Shown: in pieces, positions 36,271 to 44,876 of the stretch
Layout: every line of letters starts with the position of its first letter
Numbering within the stretch: position 1 is the first letter of the stretch
NCBI GenBank assembly: GCA_035516415.1
Contig: DATJAI010000061.1
Span: 4,146 to 68,145 of the forward strand
Length of the DNA stretch: 64,000 bases
DNA from: Candidatus Binatia bacterium
GTDB taxonomy: Bacteria; Acidobacteriota; Terriglobia; Terriglobales; Acidobacteriaceae
Reading direction: 5' to 3'
Made by a program: the position numbers and the translations under genes
The notes under the pieces: generated by a model
What the model saw: only the letters and a program-made list of their open reading frames with translations
What the model was told of the DNA's origin: nothing
Database searches by the model: none

Positions 36271-37380
36271 TTACTGCTCAGCGTAATATCCTTCGCGAGC
36301 CTGCACGCTCAGGTCCTTGTTGGTCGTCGTAAGGTTGATGGCATGGTAGCCCACGCCGGCGACCGCTTTCTCGGGCGTGTAGCCGATGTTGTACTGATTG
36401 CGCAGTTCGTCGGCAATCTGGTCGTAGATCTGGTTGATCGACTCCTTCTTCGAGACCTCGAAGAATCGCCCGCCGGTCTCCCTGGACATGCGCTGCAGAA
36501 CTTTCTTGCCGTCGGGATGCTCCTGCCGTTGTTGCGGCGGATAGCCGCCCCCGCCACCGGGATAACCGCCTCCGCCCGGCCATCCTCCGTGACGTCCCAT
36601 GCCACCGCCCATTCCGCCCCTAGGTCCGTATTGATGACCGTACGCGTCGGGATCGGAATACAGGATCGAGTACACCAGTGTGTTGGCGCGCTGGGCGGTC
36701 TCGATGGCGCGATTCAGGCTGACCTTGCTGCCAGTGTCGACACCATCGGTCAGCAGGATGAGCGCCTTGCGTCCCTGCTGCTTCGGCATCAGCTCATCGG
36801 AAGCGAGAAAGACGGCGTCGTACAAGGTTGTTCCGCCGGCGTGATGCTGCGGGCCGCCTCCGCGAGGATAACCTCCACCACCGCCCGGCGAGCCTCCGCC
36901 GGAGTTGTCGAAATGCGGCGCGCCCAGCTTGTCGAGAGCGGCCTGGAGCTTCTGATGATCTCCTGTCAGGTCCTGCAGCAGCTCGACATCCCAGTCGAAG
37001 TGAATGATGAAAGCCTTGTCCTTGTCGACACGCATGAACTCATTCAGAAAGGCGTAGCTGCCGGTGCGCTCCGCGTCGATGAGGCGGCGCTGGCTCATGC
37101 TGGTATCGACCAGCAGTCCGAGGGTGAGCGGCAGATCGCTTTCGCGCGTGAAGTAGTGGATGATCTGGGGCCGCCCGTCCTGTGTCAGCCTGAAGTCGTC
37201 TTTGGAAAGATTGTTGACAATACTGCCCTTTTTGTCGCGTACCGTGGCGAGGACATTCACGACCTTGACCTCGCGCGAGATGGTAGGCGTGGATGTGTCC
37301 TGGCTGAACAGCGACAGGCTGATCAGCAGCACGGACAAAGCGAGAACGGGCCGGCGCCCGAAGACGCGTGAGGGAGACAT
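36271..37380 (-). CDS. Secreted VWA (von Willebrand factor A) domain protein, acidobacterial VWFA-related type, with Gly-rich inserts
   Basis: Signal MSPSRVFGRRPVLALSVLLISLSLFSQ. LTLGLLVDTSMSQ (MIDAS DxSxS), ALILLTDGVDTGS, YSILYSD. Confidence 0.85.
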   Translation of the reverse strand: MSPSRVFGRRPVLALSVLLISLSLFSQDTSTPTISREVKVVNVLATVRDKKGSIVNNLSKDDFRLTQDGRPQIIHYFTRESDLPLTLGLLVDTSMSQRRLIDAERTGSYAFLNEFMRVDKDKAFIIHFDWDVELLQDLTGDHQKLQAALDKLGAPHFDNSGGGSPGGGGGYPRGGGPQHHAGGTTLYDAVFLASDELMPKQQGRKALILLTDGVDTGSKVSLNRAIETAQRANTLVYSILYSDPDAYGHQYGPRGGMGGGMGRHGGWPGGGGYPGGGGGYPPQQRQEHPDGKKVLQRMSRETGGRFFEVSKKESINQIYDQIADELRNQYNIGYTPEKAVAGVGYHAINLTTTNKDLSVQAREGYYAEQ

Positions 37381-37626
37381 GATTCGGCTACCGTCAACAG
37401 TAACCCTGCGACGGCGGCGAAGTTGCCGCAAGTTACGAGGGAGACCATTCCGGGAAGTGTGGTTACTCCCGTTCTGCGCGGTGCGTTTTCTTCTCGCACC
37501 GCTTCGCGCCCGCCACCTACACTGACGGCGCTGGAGCATGGACTCTGGCGCCGCAGTTCGCCGGAGGGTGGCTGCGGCATTCTTTTGCGGACGTGGCGTG
37601 AGGATCGCAAGGGGTTGTCAGGTGTC

Positions 37627-37654
37627 CATTGCCGATTGCCAGTTGTTCGTGCGG
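37627..37654. repeat. Heptad-periodic tract (cattgcc gattgcc agttgtt cgtgcgg)
   Basis: Read directly, inside the 760-bp non-coding gap. Confidence 0.55.
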
Positions 37655-37795
37655 CTGCACCGTGGTTACGAAAGGCCAATTACCGCTACCTGTACCGTCG
37701 TAATCTTGACCGCGCTTCTCCGGCATTCCATAGTTGGCTGTTAGGGTAGGATCCGCCTCACTCCTGGCGAGCCTGCCCTTTTTGTGTCTATGGGA

Positions 37796-37837
37796 GTTGC
37801 CTTGGCTGTTGTCGGTTGTCAGTTATCGGTTGCCATG
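37796..37837. repeat. Heptad-periodic tract, 6 units (gttgcct tggctgt tgtcggt tgtcagt tatcggt tgccatg)
   Basis: Read directly. The 11-mer ttggctgttag at 37733..37743 is shared with 8470..8480. Confidence 0.65.
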
Positions 37838-37902
37838 GGTCGGCGGCAAAGATTCTGCGGCCGGTTTGCCGTCGCCAGACGTTCTTCGTCTGAAATGGCA
37901 TA

Positions 37903-38040
37903 CTCGCAAAGTATTCAAAACAAAACGCCTGGAGGTTACGCTAAGACCTTTGATCTCAGCAGCTTACACGACTCCTCGCAAAGTATTCAAAACAGCGCAT
38001 TTGAGCGGCATGCTAACTCGTCTGGTCGGAATACTTTGCA
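37903..38040. repeat. Perfect 20-bp direct repeat ctcgcaaagtattcaaaaca (37903..37922 and 37975..37994) plus inverted partial copy (38029..38040)
   Basis: 20/20 identity read directly. The inverted copy gaatactttgca matches 11/12. Confidence 0.75.
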
Positions 38041-38140
38041 GATTGGCCTTTGCAAGTTGATGAATCGCAGTACTTTAATTTTGAAGGGGGTAGCCTGTGG
38101 GCATTCCTGTCCGTGAACATAAGCTGGCCCCTACGGCCCG

Positions 38141-38989
38141 CTATCGTATCTCGATGACGCTGCCGCCCGCCGACTCCTGCACTTCCTTCGTGCGCTCGAT
38201 GACGCGGCGGGTGAAGGCGAACAGCGACTTCGCATGGGGCGACTGGTCGCCTTCCATCACGATGGGATGGCCGCTGTCGCCGCCCCGGCGTATATCGGGA
38301 TCGAGTTCGATGGAGCCGAGAAAGGGCACGCCGAACTGCAGTGCGGTGCGCTGGCCGCCACCTTTGGAGAAGACGTCGATTTCCTGATGACAATGCGGGC
38401 AGACGAAGTAGCTCATGTTCTCGACGATGCCGAGGATATCCACCTTCACCTGGCGGAACATCTCGATGGCCTTGCGCGCGTCCTGCAGGGAGACGTCGCT
38501 GGGGGTGGTGACCACGACTGCGCCGGTGAGCGGCACGGTCTGCACCAGCGAGATCACCACGTCGCCGGTGCCCGGCGGCAGATCGACGACCAGGTAGTCA
38601 AGCTGTCCCCACTCCACCTGGCTGAGGAACTGCTTGATGATGGAGTGCAGCATGGGCCCGCGCCACACCAGCGGCTTGTCGCCCGGGCTGAGGAAGCCGA
38701 CGGAGATGACCTTCATGCCGTAGCGCTCGGGCGGCACGATGCGGTTTTCGCCGGCGACGCTGGGCGGCTCGCTGGAGCCGAGCATCAGCGGAACGTTGGG
38801 GCCATACACGTCCGCGTCGAGCAGTCCAACCTTGTGGCCCATGCGGGCCAGGGCAATGGCCAGGTTGACGGCCAGCGTGGTCTTGCCCACGCCGCCCTTG
38901 CCCGAGCCGACGGCGATGATGCTGCTGACCCCGGGAAGCGGTTGTGGCGCCGGCGGCGCCTGGCCCGGCATGTGGGAATGAGCGCTCAC
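38141..38989 (-). CDS. mrp: Mrp/NBP35 (ApbC) family Fe-S cluster carrier ATPase
   Basis: IAVGSGKGGVGKTTLAVNLA, LDADVYGPN, DYLVVDLPPGTGD, CPHC. Confidence 0.9.
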   Translation of the reverse strand: MSAHSHMPGQAPPAPQPLPGVSSIIAVGSGKGGVGKTTLAVNLAIALARMGHKVGLLDADVYGPNVPLMLGSSEPPSVAGENRIVPPERYGMKVISVGFLSPGDKPLVWRGPMLHSIIKQFLSQVEWGQLDYLVVDLPPGTGDVVISLVQTVPLTGAVVVTTPSDVSLQDARKAIEMFRQVKVDILGIVENMSYFVCPHCHQEIDVFSKGGGQRTALQFGVPFLGSIELDPDIRRGGDSGHPIVMEGDQSPHAKSLFAFTRRVIERTKEVQESAGGSVIEIR

Positions 38990-39033
38990 GGTGCGTGTTC
39001 CTGGTGCGGCTGAAGTGAAGTGCGCAAGCTGCG

Positions 39034-39039
39034 ATTATA
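39034..39039 (-). promoter_or_regulatory. Candidate -10 hexamer TATAAT (minus strand) upstream of mrp
   Basis: Plus-strand attata at 39034..39039, 44 nt upstream of GTG 38989. Confidence 0.3.
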
Positions 39040-39217
39040 CGCCGCGTGCCCGCCCGGATTGATCGAGTCCACGCCGTCAGCGGCTATCGTGCGAACTTCA
39101 AACGGCTTCGTATCAGGGGCGATTTTCAGTCAGGGTTATGCCGTTGACGGAGGTAATGTAAGAGTATCCTGACCAACGTCGCGCCTAGGGAAGCGCCCGT
39201 CGGCTGGCGGAGGCTCT

Positions 39218-39970
39218 GTGCTTGACCAATTGTTGTCATGGGCCGTTATCTTCATGCCCTTTGCTATATCCATCGTTCCGGTATTTATCCCGTCGAGATC
39301 CGAAAACGAGAGCTCGCATATGAGGTGGCGATACGTTTTTGTAATCATCGGATCGCTGTTTAGCATTCTAGCTTGGATTCAGCAATCGCGAGCCGTGAAG
39401 AAGGGCGCAGCAGACCGACAGGAGGCAATTAAGAGCACCTCAGTTGACGTTGCCGCAAATCTGGGCGAGAAGTTCTTTACGTTCTTCAGGTCCTCGGAAT
39501 TCAGAAACGTCTTAGACGATGAATTAGCAAAAGCAGGGATGGATAAGAGAATCGACATCAAGGCAGTTGGCGCTGTCGTCGATGCTGCGGCTCAGCGTTA
39601 CGCTGCGCGTGTAGTGAACCAGCAGGTGGGCCAGCCAATAGCCGATCCTGCACGTCCAGCGCCAACGAGTGCTTCTGCCGACGACCAATATTCCAAGATG
39701 AGCACACCGGATTTACGGATGAGGCTCGAATCGCTGGCGTCTCTTGCGAAGTATCAATTCCTCCATTTCTCATTTATTGACGGCAAAATTCAAAACGAAT
39801 TCGTCATGGCAAGCGATTTCGAGGGCCGCTATTTCACCCCAGAGCGTCAAGCGGTTGTCGCGAAGCGAGTTGAGGAGGAGCGCCAGGAATGGAGGGATAA
39901 AAACGGGAAAGAGTGCTACGACCTGCGTCCGGAAGTTGTAGATCACCACTCTCATATTGCAGCGGGATAA
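39218..39970 (+). CDS. Orphan hypothetical membrane protein in a low-GC islet
   Basis: 250 aa with two N-terminal TM segments and a soluble remainder with no recognised motif. The start (GTG 39218) is uncertain. Confidence 0.45.
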   Translation: MLDQLLSWAVIFMPFAISIVPVFIPSRSENESSHMRWRYVFVIIGSLFSILAWIQQSRAVKKGAADRQEAIKSTSVDVAANLGEKFFTFFRSSEFRNVLDDELAKAGMDKRIDIKAVGAVVDAAAQRYAARVVNQQVGQPIADPARPAPTSASADDQYSKMSTPDLRMRLESLASLAKYQFLHFSFIDGKIQNEFVMASDFEGRYFTPERQAVVAKRVEEERQEWRDKNGKECYDLRPEVVDHHSHIAAG

Positions 39971-40084
39971 GATACTGCCGCGCCAGCCCGAACCGGCTTG
40001 CTTCCAGACGCAGAAGATGTCGCCCGGTGCGGGGGAGTGGAAAGAGCTTGAATCCTACTTAGAGGACATAGACGAGCAGTTACT

Positions 40085-40121
40085 GCAAAAAATGTAGCTT
40101 ATGTAGCTATGCGTTTTTTTG
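40085..40121 (+). terminator. A-run / imperfect hairpin / T7-run (caaaaaatgtagcttatgtagctatgcgtttttttg); possible intrinsic terminator
   Basis: Tandem atgtagct x2 with an internal TAGCT/AGCTA stem, flanked by A6 and T7. The stem is AT-rich, so confidence is low. Confidence 0.3.
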
Positions 40122-40275
40122 TACTCAGGATGCTCCGCTCCCCGAACAATGTTTCACCCCAAGCCGGTTGCTCCCCAATTCCCGCCGTCCTGAGCGGCGC
40201 CGGACAATGTGAGGCGGAGTCGGGGGAAGCCGCATCTTCTGCGCGGTATACCCCCGTGAGCGTCAGAACTGTCGT

Positions 40276-40322
40276 TTTACAAATCGTTACACAGATACCG
40301 CAGCAAACCGGCGCGCCGGTTT
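40276..40322 (+). promoter_or_regulatory. TTACA-N5-TTACA direct-repeat motif followed by a perfect 18-bp palindrome AAACCGGCGCGCCGGTTT
   Basis: The motif 40276..40309 matches 42435..42468 at 28/34 ungapped positions. The palindrome 40305..40322 was verified base by base. Confidence 0.45.
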
Positions 40323-40348
40323 CTCCAGCCTGTCTTGCAACCGGCCCT

Positions 40349-40414
40349 GTATCAGGGCACGACTTCAGTTGTGCCGAACATGGTGAAAAGAACTCGGGCT
40401 TTAGCCCCTGCGGA
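40349..40414 (+). repeat. Two-hairpin intergenic repeat element, copy C (diverged)
   Basis: Hairpin GGCACGAC-ttca-GTTGTGCC (40356..40375, one G-U pair), then gggctttagcccc (40396..40408) at the same spacing as copy B. Confidence 0.5.
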
Positions 40415-40493
40415 ATCGCTCCCACCCGCTGCCGCGAATAATCTGCGCAAGTTCTCGCCCAACCGCCGTTCCAGGAAGCAGAGGGTAAGAGCT

Positions 40494-42418
40494 ATGCACC
40501 GATTCCTGATAACGGCGATCAGCGCAGGACTGATCGGCCTTGTATTGGCCGGTTGCGGCAGCGCGTCCGGCAACAGTTCGCCGCCCAAAAACGCAAGTTC
40601 CGGGACCGCCACGACGAAGAAGACGATGCGTCCGTTCCGCTCTGACGCGGAACTGGCGAGCTACCTCCGGCAAGCTGCGGAAAAGCAGCGGCGGAAACGC
40701 AGATGGCTCAGTGCCCTGGCCTCGTCAGCCTCCATTTCCGACAGCTTGTCGAACGCTCCAGCCGCTGCCGCGGGCGCTGTTGCCGGCGAATCAGTCACCA
40801 ATGTTCAACACGAAGGCGTGGACGAGGGCGGAATCGTCAAGGTGCATGGCGATCACCTGGTCATCTTGCGGCGTGGACGGCTATTCACCGTCGCCATCGG
40901 CGATGGCACCCTGACGCCGGTCTCCAGCACGGACGCCTTTGGGCCTGACATCGATCCGCAGCGAACGTGGTACGACGAATTGCTGGTTTCTGGGGAAACG
41001 GTCGCGGTGATTGGCTACAGCTACGAACGGGGAGGCACGGAGGTCGGCTTGTTCCGGATTGACCCGGCCGGCAGACTTGCCTACCGCTCGATCTATCAGC
41101 TCCGCTCCAACGACTATTATTCGTCGCGCAATTACGCCAGCCGCCTGATCGGCGACAGACTCATTTTTTACGCCCCACTTTACTACTTGGATTATGCCGA
41201 TCTGTCGCAGAGTTTTCCCGCCGTTCGCAAGTGGCACAAGGGCACCACCAGCAGCGAATTCCGGCCCATCGCGTCGGCCGCCCAGATTTACCGGCCGGAA
41301 CGTCCCGTCGAGTCTGCCGAAGCCCCGGCGCTGCACACCGTGACCGTCTGCGATCTGGCCGGGGCGGCTTGGATTGCAAGGCGGCCTCGGTAGTTGGGCC
41401 TCCGGGTCGCGTGTTCTACGTTTCGCCGGAAGCGGTTTACATCTGGGTGACCGACTGGATTTATCCAGGACAGGCCAGCCGCGCGCAATCGATGCTCTAT
41501 CGCATGCCGCTCGACGGCTCGGCGCCGGCCGCCTTGCGGGTTTCCGGAAGCCCGGTTGACCAGTTCTCCTTCCTGGAAAGCGGCGATGGATATCTCAATG
41601 TGCTGGTGCGCTCCGACGCTGCTGGTGACGGCATGTGGCGCGCGGAAGCAGCGGCCGGCGAGATGGCACTGCTGCGGGTGCCGCTCGCGAGCTTCTCCGA
41701 CGGCAGCGAAACCGCGCCACCATCCAGCTACCGCAAGCTTCGCGCTCCCAAAGGCTATGCTTTTCAGAACCGGTTCGTGGGCGACTATCTTCTGTACGGC
41801 GCAGGCAGCGGATGGGGAGATCCGCAGCAGGTGCGGCATTCAAGTCTCTATGCGGTGCGCTGGAGCGGCGGCGACTCGCATACGCTATCGCTCACCCATG
41901 CCGTCGATCGCATTGAACAGATGGGCGCGGACGCCATCGTAGTGGGAACTGACGGGCAGAATCTGCATTTCACCACAGTGCGCCTCGGCAGTTCGCCGGA
42001 GGTCGTGGATGACTACGTCCGTGAAGGAGCGTCGCAGGGCGAGCTGAGCAGCCATGGCTTTTTCTACAAGCCTGATGCAGAAGATTCGGGAATGCTTGGC
42101 CTGCCCATCACGGTCCCGGCGCGTCCGGGTTATCTCCACCTCTTCGAGAATTCGGCGGCCATACTCTTTCTCAGAAACGACGCCCTCCATCTTCAGGAAG
42201 TCGGTGAGCTTACCGCGCGGCAGGACACAGCGAAGGACGACGGCTGTCGCGCCTCGTGCGTGGACTGGTACGGAAACTCACGCCCGCTGTTTGTGCACGG
42301 CCGCATTCTCGCGCTGCTCGGTTACGAGCTGGTGGAAGGAACCATCGACAACGGACGCATTCGGCAGATTCGCCGGGTGAATTACGCGCCCCAGGACCTG
42401 ACGGCCTGGCGGCGCTGA
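40494..42418 (+). pseudogene. Beta-propeller-domain lipoprotein (Beta_propel family-like) with a frameshift near 41355..41370
   Basis: Lipobox LVLAGC after ATG 40494. Frame 0 ends ...TVTVCDLAGAAWIARRPR* at 41393. The frame one nt back continues GGLDCKAASVVGPPGRVFYVSPEAVYIW... to 42418. The junction lies at a G4 run (41361..41364). Confidence 0.65.
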
Positions 42419-42434
42419 ACTGCAGGCAGCACCC

Positions 42435-42468
42435 TTTACATATCGTTACATACATCCCGCAGCGAATC
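42435..42468 (+). promoter_or_regulatory. Second copy of the TTACA-N5-TTACA motif, upstream of the ABC transporter operon
   Basis: tttacatatcgttacatacatcccgcagcgaatc; lies 75 nt before ATG 42543. Confidence 0.45.
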
Positions 42469-42542
42469 CGCTCGCCATTCCGTATCTTGAGGTCGGATGC
42501 CCCTGCGCCCGCTCTCTGCATGGCAGCATCGAATCAATACAG

Positions 42543-43301
42543 ATGAATTCCTCCCCAACTTTTCCGGCCGTGTGCACCGAGAACGTCTGCCGCTATTACC
42601 CGATGGGCGGCAGCATCATCCGCGCCGTGGACGGGGTTTCACTCACCATTGAGCGCGGCGAATTCGTCGCCCTGCTCGGGCAATCGGGCTCGGGAAAATC
42701 CACGCTGCTGAACCTGCTGGCCGGTCTGGATCGCCCGACTGCGGGATTGGTGGTGGTGCAGGGCCGCGATCTGGCAAAGCTGTCGCCGGAGGAGCTGGCG
42801 CGCTATCGGCGTAACGATGTCGGCATGGTCTTCCAGGCATTCCATCTGATCCCGACGATGACCATCACCGAGAACGTCGAGCTGCCCATGCGTTTTGCTG
42901 AAGTCGAGCGGTCGGAGCGTGCGCCGCGTGTGCGCGAGTCACTGGAGCGTGTCGGGCTTGGCCATCGTCTGGAGCATCGTCCATCGGAACTCTCCGGCGG
43001 CGAGCAGCAGCGCGTCTCGCTGGCGCGCGCGCTGGCGAACCGGCCGTCGCTGCTGCTGGCCGACGAACCCACGGGCAATCTCGATAGCCGCACCGGCGAG
43101 GACATCCTCAACCTCATCCGCGACGTGAGTCTGTCGCTGGGCATGACTGTCGTGATGGTGACGCACGAGCGCGCTCTGGCCGAACGCTTCGCGCAGCGGC
43201 TCATCTTTCTTGCCGATGGCAAATTGCTTCCCGCCGTCGATCCGGGCCCGCAGGCAAGTCCCGGCTTTGGAGTTGCCGGGGCGGGGGAGACGCCGGCATG
43301 A
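42543..43301 (+). CDS. ABC transporter ATP-binding protein (MacB/LolD/FtsE-like)
   Basis: [39 protein letters not shown]. Confidence 0.9.
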   Translation: MNSSPTFPAVCTENVCRYYPMGGSIIRAVDGVSLTIERGEFVALLGQSGSGKSTLLNLLAGLDRPTAGLVVVQGRDLAKLSPEELARYRRNDVGMVFQAFHLIPTMTITENVELPMRFAEVERSERAPRVRESLERVGLGHRLEHRPSELSGGEQQRVSLARALANRPSLLLADEPTGNLDSRTGEDILNLIRDVSLSLGMTVVMVTHERALAERFAQRLIFLADGKLLPAVDPGPQASPGFGVAGAGETPA

Positions 43302-44680
43302 AGGGCTACGATCTCTTCGACCTCGCCGCCCGCAACCTCCGGCAATCGAAGCTGCGCAATGGCCTGACGACCGTTGGCATCTCCGTCGGCGTGGCATCGC
43401 TGGTCGCCATGCTGTCCCTCGGCGTGGGACTTCAGCAGCTCGCCAGCCGCCGCCTGGCCGGTTCAGGAATGTTCGACACCGTCTTCGTCACCTCGAAGCA
43501 GGATTTCCGCGGCTTCGATCGCGACGAAGACCGCAAGGAGCAGCATCCCGAAAACGCCCCCGTGCTCGACGAGCCTGCGCGCGAAACGATGGCCAAACTG
43601 AAGTATGTCACCGAAGTCGAGCCGGAAATCCGCGTCATGGGTGAAATCCTTTACGGCGGCCAGACGCATTTTGGATTTGTCACCGGCCTGCCCATGTCGG
43701 CACGCGAGAACGAGGCCTTCGACAATCTGCAGGGCAAGTTCTTCTCCCGGCCGGATGCCGATGAGGTCATCCTGCTGAACGACTTCGCGAAGGAACTCGA
43801 TCCGAAGAACCCGAAGGAGCTGATCGGCAAGGAGGTCACGCTGCGCTATGGCGAGCATCAGCCGCTGGCTGCCGACTCCGAAATCGCCGGCCGGCCGCAA
43901 CTTTCGGGCGAGCGGAGCAGCGGCGAGCCGGCCGCACCTGACGCGTACGGATTTTCCGTGGTGCGCAGGACGCACCCGTTGAAAGTGGTCGGCATCGTCG
44001 AGGAAGAGCCGTACGGCGGAATGCGCACCGTCTCGCGCGGCCGCATCTTCCTGCCCGTCGATCTCACCGAGAACCTGAACATGGCGGAGTTCAGCGACAT
44101 GCGGAGCCCGCTGCGCGGCCATGGCAGGACGTTCATGACCCTGACGGTGCGCGTCAAGGACCCGGCAAAGGTCGCGCAGGTGCAGGACGCGATCAAACAG
44201 ATGGGCTTCCGCACCTTCTCCGTGCTCGACGCGACGAAGAGCCTGCGGCGATTCTTCACCGTGCTCGACCTGTTTCTGGGCATCTTCGGGTCGCTGGCGC
44301 TGGCCGTGGCGACGCTGGCCATCGTCAACACCCTGGTGATGGCGGTGCTGGAGCGCCGCCGCGAAATCGGCGTGATGAAGGCCATCGGAGCCAGCGATGG
44401 CGATGTGAAGCGGCTCTTCTTCGCCGAAGCCGGAGCCATGGGCTTCTTCGGCGGCGTGCTCGGAATCGTGCTGGGCTTCGGCATCGGCAAAGCGATCAAC
44501 TTCGGAACCGGCATTTATCTCCGCAATCATCAACTGCCGGCGGAGGCTGTGTGGATTCTGCCGACATGGCTGATCGGGGCCGCCATCGCTTTCTCCATCG
44601 CGGTCAGCCTGCTGGCCGGTCTCTATCCCGCGAGCCGAGCTGCCCGACTCGATCCCGTGCAGACGCTGAAATATGAATAG
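43298..44680 (+). CDS. ABC transporter permease, FtsX/MacB type with periplasmic domain
   Basis: N-terminal TM, large extracytoplasmic domain, C-terminal FtsX repeat ([19 protein letters not shown]). ATGA overlap with the ATPase gene. Confidence 0.9.
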   Translation: MKGYDLFDLAARNLRQSKLRNGLTTVGISVGVASLVAMLSLGVGLQQLASRRLAGSGMFDTVFVTSKQDFRGFDRDEDRKEQHPENAPVLDEPARETMAKLKYVTEVEPEIRVMGEILYGGQTHFGFVTGLPMSARENEAFDNLQGKFFSRPDADEVILLNDFAKELDPKNPKELIGKEVTLRYGEHQPLAADSEIAGRPQLSGERSSGEPAAPDAYGFSVVRRTHPLKVVGIVEEEPYGGMRTVSRGRIFLPVDLTENLNMAEFSDMRSPLRGHGRTFMTLTVRVKDPAKVAQVQDAIKQMGFRTFSVLDATKSLRRFFTVLDLFLGIFGSLALAVATLAIVNTLVMAVLERRREIGVMKAIGASDGDVKRLFFAEAGAMGFFGGVLGIVLGFGIGKAINFGTGIYLRNHQLPAEAVWILPTWLIGAAIAFSIAVSLLAGLYPASRAARLDPVQTLKYE

Positions 44681-44876
44681 CGTTTTGCTGCCGCAGCTGT
44701 CGCTGGTCACGGATTTTCGCAGCCCGGCTCTCCCGCCGCATTCGCGGGCGAGGCCGTGCAGTCACAGTTCGAAGGCTGTACGATAGGAGGTTTGGTCGAG
44801 ACCCGTTGCTCCAATGCTTCCGATGCTCGCCCGTATTCGCTTCAACATTGCTGCTCCCTTCATGCGAGGTCATTCC

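Noticed and set aside
40017-40097. 26-codon acidic mini-ORF (MSPGAGEWKELESYLEDIDEQLLQKM) after the orphan membrane gene.
   Set aside because: It is too short, with no SD, to call as a gene. It may be a frameshifted C-terminal remnant. It is mentioned in the islet finding only.
40266-40288. ECF-sigma promoter (GAAC ... CGTT) reading of the TTACA motif region.
   Set aside because: The AAC-to-CGTT spacing is 15 nt at the first copy and 23 nt at the second, so the flanking GAAC is not part of the conserved unit.
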